From positions 1,364,001 through 1,428,000 of the forward strand of contig OZ316776.1 in the NCBI GenBank assembly GCA_973851085.1: a stretch of DNA of 64,000 nt. Direction: 5' to 3'. Shown piece after piece: positions 11,780 to 25,400 of this stretch. Origin of the DNA: Ptychomitrium polyphyllum. Its lineage: Eukaryota. The notes beneath the pieces are model-generated. The model worked only from the letters and a program-made list of their open reading frames with translations. It made no database searches and was not told where the DNA came from. The translations under genes and the position numbers were made by a program. The first letter of the stretch is position 1; each line of letters opens with the position of its first letter.

Positions 11780-14700
11780 TCTTTCAGTTCAGGAGTACTA
11801 CATTCAAGCTGGGCTAACTTGCAAATCACTGTCTTGTGAATCAAGTTATTTATCTGATTGTTTCTCTTGGATGTTACTCAAAGCTTATCACAATTCATGA
11901 TAAGTTCAATGACTTTGACCTTCTACTGAAGACTCAAACCAATAAGTGGGCAGTTACTTAGCCAAGACCTCACCCGAGCAAATGACTTCTGCAGAAGCAA
12001 GGTTTATCCTGCATCCAAGTGGGGCTACCCTTTTTGGAGCTGCAATGACTTCTGGTATTGAATTTTGGCACCCAGTTTGAGGGAACTGAGAATGAATACA
12101 AATTGAACCTACTAGATAAGTTGAAACCATAGAATTGAATTATCTTGGTTTCAGCTGTATGTTTTACTGTTGATGTTGGAAGCCGTTAGACAGGTTTTTC
12201 TAGGGATAATGACTGATAATTACCTAAGTAAGTTAGTGTGATATGGTATACTACAGTAGTTATTTAGGTGTAGTCTGATCCAAACAGTGTTTGGAGATCT
12301 GATTTTGTGCACTCCTTGGTCTACATAGGTGCAAAATGGACCTAACCAAGGCTAGTCAAAGCCCTGTGATTGTGGACGTTTGTAATCTCAAGCCTGATTG
12401 ATTTATGAGCAAACTATGGTCCTCAAATTCAAACACAAATTCAGGAAAATGCTGAGCTGTTCCTGCATTTTCATTTCAATAAATCACAATATCTTTGGCA
12501 ATTTCTTGTTCAACTGAACATATGGAGGAACCCTTTTCTGAGTATGAGTTTCTGCTACAAGATGTTCAGTCCAAGCTGCCCACCTATTCAAGACTTTCTT
12601 TGACATTATTCTAGCCATATGAGTGAATGACTCATCACTGGCTTGGCTTGACTCACCGACCACAACATTCTTTTGGTGTTCCTTGGGTTTTTCTGGTCTG
12701 GTTTCCTATTGGATCTTAGCTGCACTTTCGAGCTGCACCATGGAACATGGAGCTTTGACCGGTCAGCGCAACAGATCCATCACAGTACAGAAGTTGGTGG
12801 TGGTCCTTGAAGTAGAGTGATGATAGCTGCTTCCAGGCTGCCACTTAGTAAGCACTTCTTTTCCTTCATTTATAATGGAAATACATTTGGAATGGTCATT
12901 ACATACTGTAGGCAGATGACCTACACTTGAGTAGAACAGAGCATTTGGCCAGATACTCCAACTATGGATAATGTTTAGTAAACTTTAGTATTTGGAAAAG
13001 AAGTGGAGTATGCAAAATTAAATGTATAAACTATATGTAATACATGACCCATGTAGAAATTAAAAGAATCAAGAAAGTTACAATAATTTAGGTGATGAAT
13101 AAAATGCAGAAAAATAAAAAGAATACATGACCCATATAGAAATTAAAAGAATCAAGAAAGTTACAATAATTTAGGTGATGAATAAAATGCAGAAAAATAA
13201 AAAGAAAACAAACTGATGAAACCATTTATAGACGTACCACAAGGTATGCAAAATGCTATGGTTTTATTCAACACCATAGACTTCTTTCTAAGCTCATCTT
13301 GAAATGTCTCAAATCAACACTTGACTTTTCCTTACAATATCCATTGTCTTGCAATTGACAACATTCATTTCATTATGTATCATTTCACAAAGAATGTCAT
13401 TCTTGATGCTTGTTCATCCACCCCTTCTTTGTCTTTTACAAAAACATGGCACATCTTTGTATGGAGTATAAAAGTGGATTCAATATTTTCAACAAGCTAT
13501 AGTGGGATTTTTGATTATGGCATTAGAGTTAAATATTAAGTCATTTGTAAAGAAGAATTTTTTGTAAAACACATTTTGAAATTCATTTCTGCCATAAAAA
13601 AGAGCAAATTCAAATTTTTTTATGTCTTCCAATAAATTAATGAAGGCCCTTTGCAATATCAAGGTATGATTAAGGTGCCATGAAGATTGGACCTCTTCAA
13701 AGTTAGCCACTTTCGTCTTGACAACATTAAGAGTTGTATGAAGGGCACATTTAGGAAGTGGATCAAAACCCACCCTACTAGTAACCTTGACATTTGAATT
13801 GGCAAACTTAGAACAAATTTGAAGAAGAATGAAATATTGATCCTCAAAAAAGGCAGCTCCAACTTCCTCAAAGCTATGAGATTTTGCCTTGCAACCTTCC
13901 AAGACACATAATACTCTACAATTGACTTCTCTACATAGCACCTTTTTTCATCTCTCTTCTCCCTTCCTAATTCCAACTACTATTCAACTTCAAGAATTCA
14001 AAAGAAAATCAAATAACAAAAGGATTGTCTGCTCACCATTTACATTCTTAAGTAGGACTCAAACCTTATAGTGAAAGCCAAATTTTGAAAGAGTAACATG
14101 GTCTCCATGATTAGACTTGTCCACATCATCCACTTTATTGTGGAGAAGTCCAATTTGGAAGAAGGATACATTGGAACCTTAAATGCATTTTTGAAGTGCA
14201 CATGTTTGAACTTCACAAAGATGAAAATGAAATCATTTTGTATAAAAAGAGCATGGATGAATTGCAAATACATCTACTACATCTACCATGTCATTTACAA
14301 GCTTGACATTGAGGAAGATTTATTTATCCATGCTTCCAACCTCAGCTTTAACAAAGTAAAACAAGTCTTGCAAAAGGAGGTATTCAAATATCTCCTTTAT
14401 TAATGTATTTTTAGCTTTACTTGCTTTATTTGTTGTATTTATCTATGTTTAGAGTCTTTTTTATTATAATTATAAGTACGCAACCATTTATGTAGGTTTA
14501 GAGTCATAAATACTATCATCTATTCATATCCATCATTGTTTTCCATTCATTCATAAACTAGATACCAAAATTTTTACCTATTGTTTTTTGTGTGGAAATG
14601 GTTGTAATTCCACATTTTCCTCTTTCTTAAATAGAAAAGGCGTCCAATTTCTACCTCATGATTCTTTATATCAACAAGATGAAAAAATAGAAAAATAGAA

Positions 14701-15700
14701 AAAAAATATATGTTGGTGGAATACACAATTATCATTGTAAAATGTTCACCACATTGAAATTTTGGCCGTATTGTATTGGATGTAATTTTGTACATTATAT
14801 GTTCTATCGCAACTACAAAATGTCTACAATTCATGATAAGTTCAATGACTTTGACCTTTTCACAATGATTTTCAAGTTGTTCTTAATGATTAATTGAGTG
14901 CTCCCTGTGTGTGGTCTTTTAGCTCCTTGTTTTGGTGCTTTTCCGTGGAGGGTGTTCAAGGCTCCATCAACTTCTTGCATCATGATTGGCTGTTGAAAAG
15001 TATTTCAGCAAGGTTACTCTGGCCCTAACTGGCTGCAAATACTCCTTTTTTATCACAGAAGACATAAGGCACATGACAGCTATTTGATTGGACAGACAGC
15101 TTCTAGTAACTTGTAGCTTATTGTAGTCTTCTAACAACAGTCTAAGTCCAGGTACTACTCCACCTTTGTACCATTGACTGTAGGAAATACAATATCTGTC
15201 AAGTTAGTCACTCTCCACAAAGTTTTAAACACTTTTTACTACAAGCCTAATTTCTGAGAATCAGATCGAGCCTGCTAGACTGTACATGATATTTCTTGAC
15301 CACCAGAACCTTTCGCAATGGTTATGGCACTGAGATGGGCTTTCATGAAGTCATTGAAGCCTGGTCTTCAAAAAGCAACTGAAGTCTGAATTCTACCAAA
15401 ATGCTATGTCTTGGTCAATAGAGTTTTGGCCCTAGTGCAGGTTCTGGAAGGTCTTCACTGAGAGCCATAAAAGAAAGTTGAAGTCTACAACATTATATGA
15501 TATTTTTCCTCTCAAGTCTCTAATGTAGAGCCTTTGTTTGAAAGCCATCACAATGACACTAATATCTTGACCAAGCTTAATATGCCAGTCCACGGAAATA
15601 GACCTTGACCCTCAAGGGCTTTGTACACAGGAGCTTTATATGTGATACATCTAGAAGATTTCTGTAGTCTTGACAGAATTTGGTCACTCCAGGAAGACCA
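11780..15700 (+). pseudogene. Heavily decayed plant-type leucine-rich-repeat gene (RLK/RLP-like), interrupted by an AT-rich block at ~13000-14825
   Basis: Scattered plus-strand fragments in shifting frames resemble the plant LRR consensus LxxLxLxxNxLxGxIP. Examples: SLGCYSKLITIHDKFNDF (11863), ISGQLLSQ (11942), SLRELRMNTN (~12074), LVQLNIWRNPF (~12505), SSLAWLD (~12633), LDLSC (~12709), LHLS..AFGQILQ (~12920-12960), SNNSLSPGTTPP (~15130), TEMG/FMKSLK (~15330), LTKLNM (~15568). No long ORF remains and the boundaries are approximate. Confidence 0.45.
13039..13204. repeat. 83-bp tandem duplication (2 copies, 1 mismatch)
   Basis: 13039-13121 and 13122-13204 are identical except CATGTAGA vs CATATAGA. 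Confidence 0.95.
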
Positions 15701-18380
15701 AATGGCATAATCCAGGGAGTGTCCAGTGCCTGAATTAGATTGAAGTCAACTGAACTGTATGTTTGGTAAAAATGGTAACCAAGGAGAAATTGTCATACAC
15801 TTCTTCAGACTAGGCCAGATGGCAACTCAGATGCAATGAGAATAACACCCACATACTGCAACTAATTAACAATGACAATGTTGATTTCAATGGCCTCTAG
15901 AATCTACACCAGAGTCAGAATGTTCACAAACTTGCTGTAGTGGCCCCTGCTGAGGGATCAGTACACAGTAGCAAAGAAAACTCTTTAGAGTCCAGTTCAA
16001 CAACATTGAGATTGGGGCATGTGAATGGTTAGTGCATGAAAATATTAGGCATATTTTAAAGGCCCTTCCTGATGAGGAAAGAAAGGGTAAAAAATAAAAT
16101 GATGGTAAACGTATCTTGCTATGTATCTTCCAGAGTGAATATAAGGAGGGGTTCAATGAAATGGTGTGGACATTGAACTCATGACTTCCCAAAGTGCAGC
16201 TGGGGTTCCAAGAGGATATTTGAGACTCTCATGTACCTGCCCACCCTAACATCCACTATCACTCGACTTGAACATTGCTTGTTATTGCTAATTAAAGGAA
16301 CAAAGCCTGACGAGATTGAGCACCAACTACAGTTATCTTTACAATATTTATATGAGAACATCTAGATTTTTAATTTTTATCCTGAAGAAGTTTGAGTTTA
16401 TTAGGAGTGTTAGGGAGAGTCCTTGAATTTTCTGAGAATGGAGGATTTTACTTCATCTGGATGACAAATTTGTTGTGAAATAACTTGTCAAAACTTGAGA
16501 GAATGAATAGCAAGATGCAAATTTGAAGGAACATTCTCTTCCAATATTTCACACATTTTTGTAGAATGACATCATATGCAAACAAAATGGAAATTTCAGA
16601 ATATAAAAAATTTAGGGTTTGGTTTTAATAAAACTTCTTTCTTGACTTTGGTGTTTTATACTACTGTCATTTCCATATTCTCTTCACTATAAGCCTCAAT
16701 CCTCTTGTTTAGAATTATGGTCTATATTAGATACTAATATGCTCAATTTTAAATCAACATCAATTATACAACCAAAAAATAGCAATCAAACTTTTTTATA
16801 TAAACATTCCTTGACAATATAGCTACAATGTATACTAAGTGTCTTTTTTAAAGGCCAAGTTTTTATATTATAGGAAGAATAACATTTATTCAAATAGATC
16901 CCACATGCATTCACAAACCTTTTATACAATTGAGGTAATAGATAATGCAATTCATTTGGTGGCATGCTAAGCTTAGTAGGTGATTTTGATAAATATATTC
17001 CTTTAATAAGTTGAATTTAAAGAAATGCAAAGGTAACTTTATAACCTTCAAATCAATATCAAGAAAATGTGCTACAAATTTTATGAATCTCTTAGGTTGA
17101 TTTGTGATCATTCTTAAATCAACTTGACATATATGATAATTTTTCAAATTTTTAGATACTAGACCTTTAAATTATAATAACTTCAAAAATCTTCCAAATT
17201 AATTTAATCATAATGGGCCAATATATTTATGGGCATATCATCTTGCATAAAACTTGTTCTATATATTTTAAAATTGAATAGCAATGACATTCTGAATCAC
17301 AATCCAAAATTACAAAGAATCCTTGGAACAAAGTCTCAAGTTAAAAACCACAATATATGATATTATAGCATTGGATGAAGTTAAAAAATTCACCACTACT
17401 TTGAAAGTTGCCAATCTCATTTATTTTCCATGCGTAAATTGTTCAATTTTTTCATTTTTTGTCAAACCTAGAGATAATAGACAAGCGTTTTAGATTTATT
17501 TTTGCATGCCTATGAAGATAACTTGTTTATAAAAGGTATAGCTACCTTGTCACTTAGTTATTGTCAAATTCACAAAGTTCATAGTGAAAAATCAATTTAG
17601 ACTATAAATAAACATGCATTCAATGTTTTCTCTTTTTAGTTGGTCTAATCACTCACACTCATCATTTGCTTATCATTATTTTTTCCTCCACTTCCACTTC
17701 ACTTTGCATATCATTCTTTAGTATTGAAGCAACTACCATTATCTAAGAAAATAGGAAATCAACAACAAATGATAAAATTGTCATGGGGCAATGAGTGCAT
17801 GAAGGCTTGAATCTAATTTGGTAACTTAATACAATAACTCCGTCAACAAGGTTATGACAATGAAATTGTATCCTTTGACATAAGGTGTTCAAAGAGGTAC
17901 TTGAAGAATGACCTCTGTGTTTTGAGAAACTTTCAAAACTAGTGGATTTAACTTATCTCACATCCCAACACTTTCTGGATAACTCTAATAAATCCTGTTT
18001 TTTTTGGATAGATTCAGATTTTTGTGGACCAAGTTCTTAAACTGGTTGCATATGGTCAACACAAAATCCTCATGCCTAAAACCCACTGACCTTTAAAATA
18101 ACATATTCCTCATCTATCATCACACTAAGAAATATCTGACACATCATGATCAAGCTTGCAATCAAAAGAAGTATGTGTTTCACACACTTTGACTCTGAGT
18201 GCTACCACCTCTTGCCACGTCTACACTGTGACATGTACTTTCTTGAAGCGGCTGAGTCATCACTTATGAAGTCTCTTATTTCCTGATGACAACCAGAAGT
18301 ATACCACAATATATTTTAACGTGGCCCTGACTCACCGAGTCCCTGGTTATACCAACACTTGCTACCTGCTGCAATGAAGT

Positions 18381-18575
18381 GTATGGTATCACAATCACCC
18401 TGTTTGATACCATACAACTCTGCAATGTGACACCATACAACTCTGCAATGTGATACCATACAACTCTGGGTGATTTGGGACAGAACAACAGAGACATGAG
18501 ATCAAACCAAAAATAATAGTAACCACATAAGATGGCAATTCCAGAGTTGTACGGTATCACAATCACTCTGTTTGA
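18381..18575. repeat. Complex direct/inverted repeat cluster built on a 23-bp unit TGATACCATACAACTCTGCAATG
   Basis: Tandem copies at 18405-18427, 18428-18450 and 18451-18468 (partial). Inverted copies at 18381-18391 and 18541-18560. GTAYGGTATCACAATCACYCTGTTTGA is repeated at 18381 and 18549. Confidence 0.9.
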
Positions 18576-19639
18576 ATCATGTTCCTCAGAAGAAAGAACC
18601 AGAAATCTCAAAACACTACTTCATATGAACATACTACGGTACTATAGAACAGAGTTTACCCATACTGCGGAGCTGCAGATGGGAATCTAGGCCTGCCTAT
18701 TAATTCCATCTGCACCACTGATCACGTTTGAGGTTTAATACTTTGGAGCTGGTTACACGGACAGCACTTACTTAGTATTCGCTAATCAGGATCCTGAGAA
18801 TCCGACGAGGCAGACTTAGCTATGTCAACGGCCAAAGTTAGCCCCTGAAGTTAATCGACACCATATGTGCCTGAACTTTATGTTAGGCTGAACGCTTGTG
18901 AGCTACACAAATTTAGTAATCTGGCCATGTCAAACGTGTAGCGGAGCCACCAGAACTGTCCTCTACCTTGTGGGGATTGGGAATTCTTTGAGGGGGTCAA
19001 AGATTAACCCCTAGTTCTATTCCACGGAGGGATAGTTAATTCATGAGGACACTTGCACTCTTGGATTTTCTAAGGGTCAAGGTCTCTACCTTCAGGTCAG
19101 GGCAGATGTTTTCTGGTGTGCCTGTCATCCACCGAAGTTGAGGAATGTCTATAAATATAAATATGGGATGAAGGTTACGGTTTTGAAAATGTTTGCAAAG
19201 CCTTGATAAATGGTGGGCAATGATGTGATAAAGTCTTAGAATAAGTTTAGTTTAGTTGACTTTTGATTGGAAATATAAAAAAATGGTGGAAATGGTGTTA
19301 GAAAATTTTCATGAGCTCTAATATTTAGGAAGGCCATGTCCAAAGGTAGAAACGTTCTCTAATACTCTACCAACAGTAACTTATACGATATGAGTAACAG
19401 TAATGGACTTAATCTTGATGACAATATGATTTTCTCACATAAAGGATGAGAGCTATTTTGTATAACCAAGGAGCTGGAGTTGTGTGCTGGATGATATTGA
19501 CACGTTTTTTTCAACAATTCGCGCCTTGACATTCTGGTTCCGTTACCAGGACACAATTGTTTTTTGTGGGGAGTTGAAGAATTTGGATGGATAAACTATG
19601 ACAAGTTAAAGAAGTTTTATGTTGATCGTGAAGAACATT

Positions 19640-19756
19640 TATTCAGATTTTGAGGACAGAATCCAATTTGAGTCCATGAGGATGTCATCCATCAACAAAT
19701 TGGATGAATGACATTCTCCAGGACTCAATTTGGATTCCGCCCTCAGAATCTGAATA
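19640..19756. repeat. Long inverted repeat / hairpin (54-bp arms, 9-nt loop)
   Basis: Arms 19640-19693 and 19703-19756 pair without gaps at 46 of 54 Watson-Crick positions by manual count. Outer flanks 19621-19639 and ~19770-19792 also pair. Confidence 0.9.
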
Positions 19757-22411
19757 GTTGGGAAGAACATGAATAAGTTTTTCACGGTCAATTATGGCAT
19801 TTATCCAATTTCGGTGGCTGACATGCCCTTTCAATATTTAGCTGGATTTAGAGGAAGGTGCTGAGCATGTATTTCAGAAACTGCATTGAAATTTTACATG
19901 GTCCCTGCCTCACACAAGACAAGGGACATGTTTTACGCAAGCCACTGTGGCTTCTCAGTGGGTAACATATGTCATGTTGAATTCTTAACTTTGGAGCTTG
20001 CAGGTATCCAGGGATTTTTCCTGGGCTGCCAAATAAATACCTTTGAAAATGTAACCCAGCAGCTGGGCGTATGTTTTCATTGCTCTGAAACAAGCTGCTT
20101 TTACAAGTGTCTTCACCCACGAGTACACGTCTTGTTTATACAATACAATGCATTTAAACAAATAGGTGTCAATAATGTTTATACAATTTTTTCAAAGAGA
20201 ATGTTATGATCTTGAAAAAGAAAAGTCTGAACAATATAAAAGAGTATACTTGCACATAATATTTTGTTGAGTTCTTTTTAGTCTGTACAAAGCTATTTTA
20301 ACTCTTTTGATAATGAGAGATAGTTACAAGTCACATTATGTTTCTATATTGTATTATGTATTTTTTAATGTTGCACTATACGTTTGTGTCATTCAAATTA
20401 AACCAAGAACATTAACTTCAGCTGTTTATTTGAACATATCCTATCATATGAAATTGTTGACACAAGTTTATGTATATGGATAGACACTTGTAATAACACC
20501 TTCTTACATCTTGTTGCTATTCTTGTAAAATCCAAGATTAAAGTAATTATACACCAATCCTTACACTAATTCCATAGAAGACATGTCAAATTAGTGCGGA
20601 GACTTGTCAAATTAGTGCGACAATATAATAATAAGATGTAACTTTGTAACGTGATATTATTGAAATGATGATAATACACTATCAACTTTTTCAAAAAAAT
20701 ATTATGAATCGATTCAAAATAAAAATACATATATCCATGTCACTCTGAATGCTCAGATGTTTGTGCAACCCATTATATACCACAATTGCAGTGGGAACCC
20801 TCAACAAGTGTCTCACACTTCGTTTTACTTCCAAATACTGAAACTTTCAGAAGTTTTGTAATGGTAATAATCGGGAAACCAAGTGACCTTAGTTGTGTAA
20901 TCAATGTGCTATTTCAAATACAGAGCGTCTAGCGTCTTATATTGTACTGGTGATTTGTAAGAATTTCTAAAATTTATTTATCCACAAGACTGCCATCGCA
21001 ATGTTCGTGCCACATTCGCCAAGCAGACTGGTGTCCACAATTGCAGCATCAAACAGAACCTACTTCCATCAGAAAAAATGTCTAGAACCAAGACTCCAAA
21101 CCAGTAACTATCTAGTATGCATTAGACTTGTCCACTCCATTGAGTATAGTAAAATCTTTCATAATTTACAAGCTAAATTCACATGTCCTCACCTCAGTGC
21201 TTCCAGACCTATGAAGCTTGATACGTTCTCTCTGTCAAGAGACTACGATTTTGCTAAGCAAAGACCAAACAAAGGAGTGCAGCAGAGGACTGAGAGATCA
21301 TGTTAAAAAAATCAAAGGAAGGAACGATGCCTATGTGAGCCACTCAGATCTGCAAGTCATTAATTTACACTCCTTTCAGAAAAAAGGGGGGAGAAATCAG
21401 CAGCTAAAACTTGATAGTCTAATGGGTAGCCTTGACAAAATCTATTCGCAACCAGGACACCCCAAATACTAAAATGAAAGTCCAGATACTGTATACAATG
21501 ACAGAGTAGTCGGTGAATCCTGTGCAAGACAGCTCCACAGCCTGTGACTCAAAAGGTAAACACCAGATCGGAAGTATGCCTTCCGCTGCACTGAATGGTG
21601 TGGAGGAGCCATTTCACTATCTATGACTAGGCAACTGTCTTATGTATTTGAAGCGATCAAAAGTAGAAGGATAAAGAATAGAAACTGAAACAAAAGGTCT
21701 ACATAGAAAGATTACCATTAAAGAGTTAATACTCTTCCTGGCTGGATACTACATGGTTCCAACCTAATTGAGAATATCAGAAAGAGAACCATATCCACAT
21801 GCGCAACATAGATGTCCACCTCACCATCCTGAGCAGGCTGTAACATGCTGGGAAAGTAGTGACAACGAACAAAAGACCTGCAGCAAGCTTTAAGGTCAAG
21901 GACCTTCCCAACACAAAATTGAGCACACAGAAGTGACCTTGAAGCCAAATAGGCTACCTCAGTGTTCTGTACCAAGGCAATGAAACTTGTCGACCGACTG
22001 ATCAGAGAGTTTCCTATCATCAGCCCTCTGCAGACCAGGCTACAGAAGTGTTGGTTGTGACCACAGCCCACACTAGAGATCTCCTAGCTTCTTGCACGGC
22101 GATTTCGTTTAAGGTAGCACCTGCAGCGGGAGATCGTGACCTGAAAGATATGACGTTGAAGGACATCCTAAAGAGATCAACAGTGTTGGCCATTTGCAGT
22201 CTGTACAAATGGCACATGCATTATATGGTCTTTCAGTGGAACCCAGGTCCTTGACTAAAGATGCTTACTCAAACAAGACGCTCTACGATTTAATGGAAAA
22301 TCCTGAAAGGGTTGAACAGACCAGTTGCTAAAACCTCAGCAGGCATTTCATTGTGCCGTCAGCGTCTGCTATCATGTTCCAAATGCCTTCGTGTTGTAAG
22401 CCAATAAAACG

Positions 22412-25400
22412 TTAGAAAGGGGCTTCATAAGGCTCATCCCAAACTTCTGCACTGCCGTTAGACGCATCCTCGCCGTCCTCTTCCATTGAGAGCCGGATGT
22501 ATTCCATGTGTGCAAACCGGTCCCACTCCGTCAATGTTGGCTCCTCCCTCTCCTGCTCACAGGAACCACAGTTATTCGTCAGCTGATGAATCATCAGAGG
22601 TTCGCTAACTATGAGCCAAACCATATAGGCACAATTATTTGCTAACAGGCCGTTTATTTTACTAACAGTATGAAAAAAGACTAAATGATGATGAGCTTAA
22701 CAATCAAATCTACCACATTTCAGTGCAAAGGTAGTATATAGATGTAAAGTTTAGAGTTGCCGATCCACCTCATAATCAATCACGATACAAGATCTCCCTA
22801 GGGTACTGGTATGAAGTTGAAGTACCTGACGAATAAGGAAGGGGTCACGAGTCTCAAATGCTACGAACTTGTTGAGATTGAAGAGAATATTGAAAAAGTT
22901 TCCAGATAATTTGCATCGCTTCAAATCGCGAAGTGTCAATATTCCCTCTTTCTGCAAACAGAGTAAAGCACAGATTTTAGCAACAATGTCACGCCAAGTA
23001 CCGATGATAAAAGAGATAAGTGCAACAATGTGGTAGATCGTCTGGTAAAAAGGACCAACTATAGAGCTTTAAGACCAAAACTTTACCGCAGGTCCTATCA
23101 TATCTGCCATTTGGCAAACGATATCCTCAAAAAGAACAGGCTCCTGAGCCATACATTCCATCCGATGCAGTTGCTCCTCGTAAAAATACTGCATCTCATT
23201 TGGTGTAATTACGCCGTCGCAATCCAGGTCCACACACTTGAACCTGCAAGAGGTGACCGAAATTTTTATTAGTAAAAAGAACCAATTTCAATCCCTTCGT
23301 TACTGAGATGCTAATGTGGGATAAATTCTGAGATACTGTTCAGCTTCAAATTGCAAGAGAGAAAAAATAAAATGCAATCAAGTAACCAAAATTTTCTAAC
23401 TGTGACCAAAAAGATTTTAACACAAGCAGGTACACACCAGTACTCTAAGCTGGGTTCTGAAGACTTGTCCTCTTCTGAAAGAATAAACCACACGAAGTCC
23501 TCATAACCCATCTTTCCCTCTACTCTGCTGCTGAACTTTCTTGGAACCTGCCATCCGTACCATAATCAGAATTAACTTACTCTGCTGCACAGGAACCATA
23601 ATCACGGTCTACAATTCAAATCCTCTAATGCATTCTGAGGCAAATTAAAATGGTGACTGTTAAAACAGGTTAAGAGCTAATGAAGAAAGTTCAAAAATAT
23701 TAGACATTAAAATGCACCTGAGAAAAAATGCGCTCGACAATCCGATAAGTAAGAGCATGATTTCCATATCGAAGGAGATCATCCTTATCTATCAAAAAGT
23801 CATGATCTGAATCCAGCTCCCAGAACTTGCAATATATGACATAAAAATGTTCATAAGAGAAATACCTGCAGAAAACAATCACAATAATGTTCAGACTATA
23901 CCCACATGTTTTAGAAACTTCAACTTGTGGTACATAGCTACACTCTTTCGATAATAAGCCAAACCATCAGCTTAGAGATAGCTTAGAGATTCCATTAAGA
24001 CAACTTCGATCGCACAGATGAAGATATGAGCAAACGTATACCTTATTCAATCCGAATCACCAAACCCAACTACTAACTAACTAACTAACTACCTCTATAT
24101 ATTTTAATAATAATTTTTTAATTTTTTTTTAACAATATCATCGGAGCCTGAGTAGAAGATTTCGAAAAATTATCAATCGAAGGCAATGCTTACCGCAACA
24201 CTTTGTTGATGTCTTCCTCTTCATCCACTTGCTGAAGAGCAGCAATTAAGTTACTCCGTTTTAACTCTCTAAGTTGCAGCCGACCATTCCCAGCTTTATT
24301 TACATGGTAGAATATTCTGTAGATCACAGTCTCCGCTGTTCGCCACCACAGGATTCCAATACAAGAACTAAGAGAATACATTGCATAAGTTAAAACCAAC
24401 TATACCAGCACTAAATGATTACCATTTTAGTCTTTCCCAAATGAGTATATTCATCATGGCAGACCTTGGATGAATACCACAAATACGTTTCAAGTTCAAA
24501 ATAACCCATAGATCCTTTAAGAAAAACATACCATATCTATCTTGAAACTCTGGGGTATCATGGAGGAACTCCAAACCGCGATGAGTCAAAAGCAATTCTC
24601 TTAAAATGGGCCTAAAGTCCTCCTACAAACAAAATGGTTCACAATTCATGTCAACTGATCACCAAAACAAAGACTCCCAATGCATCCCTCTAACTAGTAA
24701 CGTCAGACAGGTGGCGAATGCTGAACCTGAATGCCTTGAGGAAAGTATAAAAAATAGATTACAAATAGGGACCAATGCTGAGAATGCACCAGAAACGAAC
24801 CTGTCTCAGAAAATTCTTGTCTGATTGCTTCAACACAGTAAAAATGCGAGTAGCAATATCCATAGACAACATATTTTGATCCACCCAGAATTCGATGAAC
24901 TTCTCCCTGTATAAATTCAAACGTAAAATCCAGAAAGGTTGGTTTCAGCCATGTGGAATACAAGGCCGTTCAATAGTACCGAGAGGGAGACTAGCAGAAA
25001 GGGAATAAAGTATAATTTAATTTAGTTTAGTTTAAGATTATTACATTATATTGTGTTGTATTGTATTATATTATAATATGTTTTTAAAACAAAGACAAAA
25101 ACAAAAACCCGCAGTCCACAGCGTCACCATTTCTCTTACTAAGGCAGTACAAGACTACCAGTACATGTTAACAGTGCCAAACAGTTTTGAAAGTAGACAG
25201 CGACAAGACATCAAAATCTGACCTTGTAACCAAGCCTGAACTGGAGACATCGATCTTCTTGAATAAACAACTGGAAAAGAAGGACGGCAGTTTGCAGACA
25301 TCCTTAGTAACAGTAATAAAGCCTGCGCAAAGTCAAGGAAGCATTCTTCAAAAACATTGTTAGTGAAGAATTTACATTAAGAACAGACAAATTATCAGTA

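Noticed and set aside
13205..14825. AT-rich block with 70-150 aa ORFs, considered as a CACTA/Helitron or viral remnant
   Set aside because: I could not confirm any diagnostic motif or termini by eye. It is probably TE-derived but I cannot assign it.
20584..20619. 15-bp near-tandem duplication TGTCAAATTAGTGCG
   Set aside because: It is real but an ordinary short slippage duplication with no further structure.
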